From an archaeon (GTDB lineage: Archaea > Nanobdellota > Nanobdellia > Pacearchaeales > GW2011-AR1): a stretch of 64,000 nt of DNA. This document shows, piece by piece, positions 57,886 to 64,000 of this stretch; the stretch's first letter is position 1; each line of letters begins with the position of its first letter. Under the pieces are notes generated by a model that saw nothing but the letters and a program-made list of their open reading frames with translations, was not told the DNA's origin and did no database searches. The DNA is taken from contig JBDROH010000022.1 in NCBI GenBank assembly GCA_043810285.1, positions 8,484 to 72,483 on the forward strand, in the 5' to 3' direction. The translations under genes and the position numbers were made by a program.

Positions 57886-60800
57886 TTACTCGTATTTATT
57901 TTTCAAATGAAATTTAGTTATAATATGTAATCCTTGCAATTCTTCAATCAATAATTTGAAAGCATACGAAACTTCAATAGGCTCAACCTGATTTGAATGA
58001 CACAATCTACAAACTTTCTTGTTGTGAATTTTATCATCAATAACAAGACTTCCACACTTTGAACAGATATGAATAAGAACTTTGTCTGAATCGTAACGTT
58101 CTTTTAATAAAAGTGATGCTCCGTGCCCTACAAGTGCCTCTTGCTCCATTTCACCAAGCCTTAAAGCTCCTCCACGAGCCCGACCTTCAATAGGTTGCCT
58201 AGTCAATAAAGCAATCTTTCCAGATGCCCGAGCATGTAACCTATCCGCAACCATATACTTTAATTTCAAATAAAACATATTACCAATAAAAATTTTAACC
58301 GGCATCCTCTGTCCACTAATCCCATTATACATAATCTCCTTACCATTCTCCCTAAATCCTAACTTCTTCAAATTATTTTCTAAAGTATCAATAGTCTCTC
58401 CTGTAAACGCAGAAGCATCAATGATTTTTCCAGAAAGAGCCGCAACCTTACCACCAAGAATATCCATTAGATAACTAACAGTCATACGAGAAGGAATACC
58501 ATGTGGATTAAACATAATATCTGGCCGAATACCGTTAACTGTAAATGGAATATCTGCCTCTGGAGCAACCATACCCACAATACCTTTCTGACTATGAGGG
58601 TTTGAAAATTTATCTCCAATCTCCGGAATTCTTAACTCTCGTGTTCTAACCTGAACAATCTTATTACCCTCTTTATCTTGAGCAACAAAAACAGCATCAA
58701 TAATACCTGTTTCCTCTTGACGAATCGCAGAAGAAGCTTCATTTTTAGTTTGAATTGAAATCTCACGAGCTTCACTCAAAAACTTAGGAGGACTAATTTT
58801 TCCAATAACCACCTCTCCAGAAATCATCTCAGCTTCAGGATAAACAATTCCATCATCTTCTAAAAACCTATAACTCTCTTCAGTCCTATAACCTGAAACA
58901 TCTTTATCTGGAACAACAATCTCGTCTTTAAGACCTCCTGCATAATTCAACTCAACAGAAACATAAGGTCTAAATCTCGAACTTCGAGCAAGACCTCTAT
59001 CAACTGAACCCTTATTCAAAACTGTAGCATCTTCAATATTATACCCTTCATAAGGTAAAATACCTAATATCACATTTTGCCCAACAGGATGAACATCTAA
59101 GGTATCATAAATGAAAGTTCTAACTAGAGGTTTCTGGGGGTAATGTAAAAGTGAAACATCAGTATCAATTCTAACTGGAAAATTTCCAGCATAAAGACCA
59201 AGACCTTGACGGTAAGCTCTCGAACCACCCTTAACCATACGTGCAGGAGGACTATGATTACCAAACGGAATCAGTGCAACACTAACACCCAAAAGATCCA
59301 CAGGATCAACCTCAAGATGAGTATGCTCCTCAGTCAAATCACTTTCATTAAGTGCAACATAACAATCATCTTCTTCAGCAGCATCAAGATATTCTAAAAT
59401 TTTCTCCTTGAACAAGCCTTCCCAAGTTAAACTCCCATTACGAATTAATTCTAAATGTTCTGTCCTCAATTTTGAAACACCATTTTCAACAATAATCAGC
59501 GGACGTATAACTCTTCCAATCTCAGAGCTTATAAAAACCGTATCTAGAAATTTATCAAATTTTACAGACATTTCAATAGGTAACTTACCTTCTCGACGAT
59601 AATCCCTCACAACACTAACGAATGCTCTCACATCATTAGTAACTCCAATAAATCTCCCATTATAAAAAATATCAATATCTCCTTCATCATTTTTATTTAC
59701 AAACCCTTTTAAAATATTTAAGATATTCCCGTGATCCATCAAGGTTCGTGTTGAAATCCTTGCAAGTAAAGCCAAGTTCTTCCTCAACCCAATTTCAGTC
59801 CCTTCAGGAGTTTCAATAGGACAGAACCGACCATAATGGGTAGGATGAACTGTTCGTGCAGCTAAATTTTCTTGCTCACCTGGAAGAGTCGAAGTAACTC
59901 TCTGCAACTGAGACATAACTGAAAAAGAATTATTCATATCCATATTTTGAGTTACACCATTTCGCTCACCAATCCATGAACCTGTAGCAATCGCACTCTC
60001 TATTCGATGTGTGAACAAAGTAGATTTAGCAATTGTTTTAATAGAAAAAAACTTACGTCTCTTCACAGTCTTTTGTAATGTATGTTGAACTTCTCGAAGA
60101 AGAATACTCATATTTACCCTAAACAAATCCGACAATAAATCCCCTGAAAGCCTAACTCTCTTATTCGCATAATGGTCTTTATCAGTCATTGAATCTTTCG
60201 GATTTTCTTTCGTAACGTAAAATTGTTTAATAAATTTACAAAGAGTTTTAGCTTTCTCAAGCCGAGTTTCCTTATTAAGTCCGATATGTGGCAAAAAATA
60301 CGAATCTATTCTTTGCTTAACCCTATCAAGCATTTCCTTATTAGTTCCTTGCAACGAACTCTTCTCGGCAATCCACATCAAAGCATCGTTAACATTTGTA
60401 ACAGTAGCAAATTCATAAAAATTAACAATTAACCCATCTGTCTGTTTCCGAACTAATTTGGCAATATCAGCATCACTAGAAAGACCTAAAGCTTTCAACA
60501 AAACCATTGCGGGAATATCTCTAAATCTAGAAAAAGAAACTTCCAAGATTCCCTCAGAATTCTCAGACAATGAAATAGGAATTTTGTAAGCATCCTTCTG
60601 AGAAAACAAACGCAAAACCAACCGCTTCTTGATTTTCTGCCACTCAATAAACGTCTGATTCGATGCCAAATCCTCTGCCATAACCATCACTCTTTCATTA
60701 CCGTTAATCAAAAAATAACCACCGGTATCTTTAGGATCAATATAATTCTTAATCAAATCTTCCTCACTCATCCCATTAAGATTACAAGCCCCACTCTTAA

Positions 60801-61149
60801 TCATAATTGGAATTCTTCCAAGTTCTACCTTTTCAGTTTCAATCTGTCCTGCATAATTAATTGTCATCTCTATCCAAATTGGAGCTGAATAAGTTAATTT
60901 TCTTAACCTTGCCTCTGCAGGAGTTACCAGCTTCGAAGAACCATCCGACTCGATTATATTTGGTTTACCTACAATAACCTTTCCCAGTTTAATTTCAAAA
61001 TCCTCATTAGGTAATGAATCCGAAAGTCCAGTAACAATTTCCTGCATCCTAGTTTCAACAAAATCATTAAAAGATTTAATATTAGATTCGACTAGCGAAT
61101 GATTTTTCAAAAACTCTCTAACTAAAATATGATCATTTATCGCAACCAT
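57886..61149 (-). CDS. rpoB: DNA-directed RNA polymerase subunit B (unsplit). The start is taken at the internal Met MVAINDH, and the ORF-track start at 61200 would overlap rpoH by 50 nt
   Basis: Conserved Rpb2 motifs: the GEMEQ-like RLGEMEQEA and the C-terminal zinc ribbon CSKCGS...CRLC. About 1090-1104 aa. Confidence 0.9.
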   Translation of the reverse strand: MVAINDHILVREFLKNHSLVESNIKSFNDFVETRMQEIVTGLSDSLPNEDFEIKLGKVIVGKPNIIESDGSSKLVTPAEARLRKLTYSAPIWIEMTINYAGQIETEKVELGRIPIMIKSGACNLNGMSEEDLIKNYIDPKDTGGYFLINGNERVMVMAEDLASNQTFIEWQKIKKRLVLRLFSQKDAYKIPISLSENSEGILEVSFSRFRDIPAMVLLKALGLSSDADIAKLVRKQTDGLIVNFYEFATVTNVNDALMWIAEKSSLQGTNKEMLDRVKQRIDSYFLPHIGLNKETRLEKAKTLCKFIKQFYVTKENPKDSMTDKDHYANKRVRLSGDLLSDLFRVNMSILLREVQHTLQKTVKRRKFFSIKTIAKSTLFTHRIESAIATGSWIGERNGVTQNMDMNNSFSVMSQLQRVTSTLPGEQENLAARTVHPTHYGRFCPIETPEGTEIGLRKNLALLARISTRTLMDHGNILNILKGFVNKNDEGDIDIFYNGRFIGVTNDVRAFVSVVRDYRREGKLPIEMSVKFDKFLDTVFISSEIGRVIRPLIIVENGVSKLRTEHLELIRNGSLTWEGLFKEKILEYLDAAEEDDCYVALNESDLTEEHTHLEVDPVDLLGVSVALIPFGNHSPPARMVKGGSRAYRQGLGLYAGNFPVRIDTDVSLLHYPQKPLVRTFIYDTLDVHPVGQNVILGILPYEGYNIEDATVLNKGSVDRGLARSSRFRPYVSVELNYAGGLKDEIVVPDKDVSGYRTEESYRFLEDDGIVYPEAEMISGEVVIGKISPPKFLSEAREISIQTKNEASSAIRQEETGIIDAVFVAQDKEGNKIVQVRTRELRIPEIGDKFSNPHSQKGIVGMVAPEADIPFTVNGIRPDIMFNPHGIPSRMTVSYLMDILGGKVAALSGKIIDASAFTGETIDTLENNLKKLGFRENGKEIMYNGISGQRMPVKIFIGNMFYLKLKYMVADRLHARASGKIALLTRQPIEGRARGGALRLGEMEQEALVGHGASLLLKERYDSDKVLIHICSKCGSLVIDDKIHNKKVCRLCHSNQVEPIEVSYAFKLLIEELQGLHIITKFHLKNKYE

Positions 61150-61150
61150 T

Positions 61151-61354
61151 TTAAATAACCACCCGAAAATATACCTCTGCAAAATCGCCTTTCCTCTCAA
61201 TCTTCACAACATCTCCAGTATTGCAACCTTCTGGAAGAGCTGGATCTTTCTTAGAAATTTTAGGCAGTTGTGCTAAAGCAATATTAAATTGTGCTAAAAT
61301 CCTCTCAGCTTCGTCGGAATTCAATTTCTCGTGCTTCGGTTGGAGGGCGTGCAT
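61151..61354 (-). CDS. rpoH: RNA polymerase subunit H (Rpb5 C-terminal domain homolog)
   Basis: 67 aa with the HxLVPKHE-like region LQPKHEKLNSDEAERIL and the C-terminal GDVVKIERK. Confidence 0.75.
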   Translation of the reverse strand: MHALQPKHEKLNSDEAERILAQFNIALAQLPKISKKDPALPEGCNTGDVVKIERKGDFAEVYFRVVI

Positions 61355-61459
61355 TTCTGTTAGTAAAATATAAATTTTTAGATAAGAAAAATATCAAAAA
61401 TAGCTTTAAAAATCTTTTGCTTTTGTTATTCAAAAGTAGTTCGGGCAAAAATCAAGAAA

Positions 61460-62125
61460 TTATAATCTATTTTTTATTTGAGAGTAAATTTCAGTTCTAG
61501 AACACTTAGGTTTAAGATAATCTTTGACCTTCGAACCGATTAGAATTTCAGAAAAACTGTTACTCAAATTTAAAAAAAATGCTTCAGGACCCAAGCCTTT
61601 AATTAAATGAGGCAAATCAACAAGTTTTCTTCGAATTTTCTCTTGTTTCTTTTCAATCTTTAAATTATTAATATTAAAAGGCACACCCAAAGATGAATCA
61701 AATACATTATTAAACGACGCTTCAATTCTAGATTGCTCACTCGGAAAAATAATCTGTTCTTTCCCTAAATCAAAATCAATACCCTCGCCAGTTAAAACAC
61801 CATAATCTAGATGAAATTGAGTTGAAAATGTCATCTTTATAGGTAAGACCATCTTTGAAGTATCATTAAAAGAATCAATATATTTTATAGGTTCTCGATG
61901 ATACCTCACAATAGCTATTTCTTTACCTCTAGAATCCCTTACTTGATTATCCAATTCATAAAAAGATTTCCAAGATATAGAATTTGTGCCAACAGAACAA
62001 AAAACAAAATCATCAAACTTTTTCCCTAAACTTTCTTCTCCCTCCTTAATTCGTTCCCTTAAAGAATTAATTTCATCGTGTGTGTCTTGTAACTTCTTCG
62101 AAAGTCCTTCAACCCTTTCATTCAT
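61460..62125 (-). CDS. Hypothetical protein
   Basis: 221-aa ORF with no motif recognised. Confidence 0.4.
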   Translation of the reverse strand: MNERVEGLSKKLQDTHDEINSLRERIKEGEESLGKKFDDFVFCSVGTNSISWKSFYELDNQVRDSRGKEIAIVRYHREPIKYIDSFNDTSKMVLPIKMTFSTQFHLDYGVLTGEGIDFDLGKEQIIFPSEQSRIEASFNNVFDSSLGVPFNINNLKIEKKQEKIRRKLVDLPHLIKGLGPEAFFLNLSNSFSEILIGSKVKDYLKPKCSRTEIYSQIKNRL

Positions 62126-62289
62126 AAAAAATAAACCTCCTGAGACTATTTAAAAACTTATATGATAAAGATATATATTCAAATTTATTTGAGGATAAAT
62201 TTATTCTTGCCTTAAATATTCCGCCCTGTATGTACTTCTGGTGAAGCAATCCCACAAGTTTTTAAATCAAAATTTCTCATAGATACTAT

Positions 62290-62364
62290 GGCTCCGTAGC
62301 TCAGTCTGGCTAGAGCACTGGACTTTTAATCCAGGTGTCGGGGGTTCAAATCCCCTCGGGGCCA
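62290..62364 (+). tRNA. tRNA-Lys (TTT)
   Basis: Acceptor GGCTCCG/CGGGGCC. D arm GCTC-AGTCTGGCTA-GAGC. Anticodon stem CTGGA/TCCAG with loop CTTTTAA. T arm GGGGG-TTCAAAT-CCCCT. 75 nt. Confidence 0.85.
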
Positions 62365-62566
62365 TAAGTGCTATCGAAGATAGCACATATTCTCTGGAGA
62401 TTTTAAGTCACGGCAAAGTCGGGGGCGAAGAATTTGCTCCGAGTAAAATAAAATTCAGATAGATATTTTTACGAGGTGTGAATTATGAGTAAAATCCCCT
62501 CGGGGCCATAAAAATTTGAAATCACGAACAACATAGTTTTAAATAATCCAACGCTTATTTTTTCTG

Positions 62567-62977
62567 ATGTATAAGTTTTTAGAACATACTGCAGATGTAA
62601 AATTCAGAATTGAGAGTCCTACAATTGAAGAACTGTTCAGTTCGGCCGCCGAAGCTTTAAACGAAACTATTCGAGGAGATATTAAGATTTTAGAACAAGA
62701 AGAGAAGAGTTTTGAAATTGAAGGAAAAGATTTAGAAGAACTCCTCTACAACTTTTTAGAAGAATTTTTATTTTTACTAGATGCTGAAGATTTTCTAATT
62801 TCAAAAATTAAAAGTATTCAAATTGATTTAGAAAATAAAAGAATAAAATGTGCTGTAACAGGAGATAAAGCAGATAATTATAAATTTACTAACGACGTTA
62901 AGGCAATAACCTATAACGAAATGTTCGTCAAAAAAAAAGAGGGCAAGTTTATTTGTGAGGTAGTTTTAGATGTATAA
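62567..62977 (+). CDS. Archease
   Basis: MYKFLEHTADVKFRIESPTIEELF N-terminus typical of archease. Immediately upstream of and overlapping RtcB. Confidence 0.8.
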   Translation: MYKFLEHTADVKFRIESPTIEELFSSAAEALNETIRGDIKILEQEEKSFEIEGKDLEELLYNFLEEFLFLLDAEDFLISKIKSIQIDLENKRIKCAVTGDKADNYKFTNDVKAITYNEMFVKKKEGKFICEVVLDV

Positions 62978-64000
62978 AGAACAGTTGAAAAAAATATCTG
63001 AATTTGAATACGAATTACCTAGAACTGGTAAAATGAATGTCCCAGGGAAATTATTTTTATCCGAAAAATTATTAAACGACGTCGAGGAAAATTCTCTTAA
63101 ACAAATTGCCAACGTTGCAACGCTACCAGGAATTCAAAAATATTCAATTGGTCTTTCAGATATGCATACTGGTTACGGATTTCCTATCGGGGGTGTAGCC
63201 GCATTTGACATTGAAACTGGAATTATTAGCCCGGGGGGAGTTGGCTACGATATTAATTGCTCAGTTCGTTTACTAAAAACGAATTTAAAGATAGACGATT
63301 TAAAAGGAAAGGAAAAAGAAATTACACATTCATTATTCAGGACAATTCCCTCGGGAGTTGGTCACGGCGGAAAGTTGAATCTTAATGAAAAAGAATTAAA
63401 TAAAGTTCTCCTCGGAGGAGCACAATGGGCTGTTGAGAAAGGTTATGGTAAGAAAGAAGATTATTTACATATTGAAGAAAATGGAAAGTTAGAAAATGCC
63501 AACCCGTCGGCCGTATCACAAAGAGCAAAAAGTCGAGGCATGCCCCAATTAGGCTCGCTCGGTGCTGGAAACCATTTTTTAGATGTATTACTCGTCGATG
63601 AAATTTTTGATAAAAACATCGCGAAAGTTTTTGGTTTAGAGAAAGAACAAATCGTTATTATGATTCATTGTGGTTCACGAGGATTAGGGCATCAAGTAGC
63701 TTCGGATTATATTAAGCTGATGGACAATGAATATGGACATCCAGATTTTGATAGAGAATTAGTAAATGCTCCAATTAAATCCGAACTTGGAAAGAGATAT
63801 TTATCTGCGATGGCCTGTGCCGCAAACTTTGCATTTGCGAACAAACAATTAATCACTCATTGGATTCGTGAAAATATGAAAAATTATTTCCCTGACTTCA
63901 AAGCAGAAGTAGTATACGATATTTGCCATAACATTGCAAAATTTGAAAATCATATTATCGATGGAAAAGAGAGAAAAGTTTTGGTTATGAGGAAAGGAGC
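62969..64000 (+). CDS. rtcB: RtcB RNA 3'-phosphate ligase (tRNA-splicing ligase), partial: it continues beyond the window
   Basis: GVGYDINCSVRL, GSLGAGNHF and MIHCGSRGLGHQVASDY are RtcB active-site regions. The ATG at 62969 overlaps the archease stop. Confidence 0.85.

Noticed and set aside
55041-60432. Short + strand ORFs inside rpoA and rpoB
   Set aside because: They are antisense to highly conserved RNAP subunits with low-complexity translations.
62290-62510. Possibility that tRNA-Lys contains a roughly 140-nt intron, with the second copy of the 3' end being the true 3' exon
   Set aside because: The tRNA is already complete and canonical at 62290-62364, and the intervening sequence does not form a bulge-helix-bulge motif at a standard position. 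A direct-repeat att scar is the simpler reading.

Overview
This is an AT-rich archaeal chromosomal segment, probably from a small-genome, DPANN-like lineage. The archaeal assignment rests on archaeal-type translation and transcription genes and on a TTTAAATA TATA box about 25 nt upstream of a leaderless start codon. The window has three parts.

1. Positions 1 to about 15000 are accessory. A GGDEF-domain protein sits beside an XPD/Rad3-like helicase. A roughly 9.5 kb island is anchored on the 3' end of a tRNA-Asp gene. It contains an intact tyrosine integrase, a remnant of a second integrase, and at least five direct copies of the tRNA-Asp 3'-end core (CGCCCCAACC). It also contains four copies of a roughly 120 bp conserved intergenic element. 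The cargo is Fic, a HEPN-MNT pair, a NYN-domain protein with a small partner, an alpha/beta-hydrolase-GT2 fusion and an AAA+ ATPase. An IS element with palindromic termini lies next to the tRNA.

2. Positions 15000 to 48500 are mostly housekeeping and metabolism. The main feature is an 8 kb minus-strand operon. It links a PfkB kinase, class I FBA, cupin-type PGI, GH15 glucoamylase, TIM and a ROK kinase to a bacterial-type trimeric [FeFe]-hydrogenase (HydABC). The region also holds two tRNA-Ser genes that share identical 5' halves and flank a P-loop ATPase, each followed by a duplicated 3'-end fragment. Also present are UMP kinase, an Rpp30-like protein, CCA-adding enzyme, Trm5-like methyltransferase, diphthine synthase, IleRS, a TrmB regulator, a candidate tRNA-Trp, and a FlaI/VirB11 N-domain-only protein.

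3. Positions 48600 to 64000 hold the conserved archaeal cluster rpoH-rpoB-rpoA-L30e-NusA-S12-S7-EF-2-EF-1alpha. Here rpoA is a single fused A'/A'' open reading frame. The rps10-tRNA-Ser unit that normally follows EF-1alpha lies about 30 kb away in inverted orientation. A tRNA-Lys, archease and a partial RtcB follow.

No CRISPR array or rRNA was seen. All calls are from reading the sequence and the six-frame ORF track, with no database searches.
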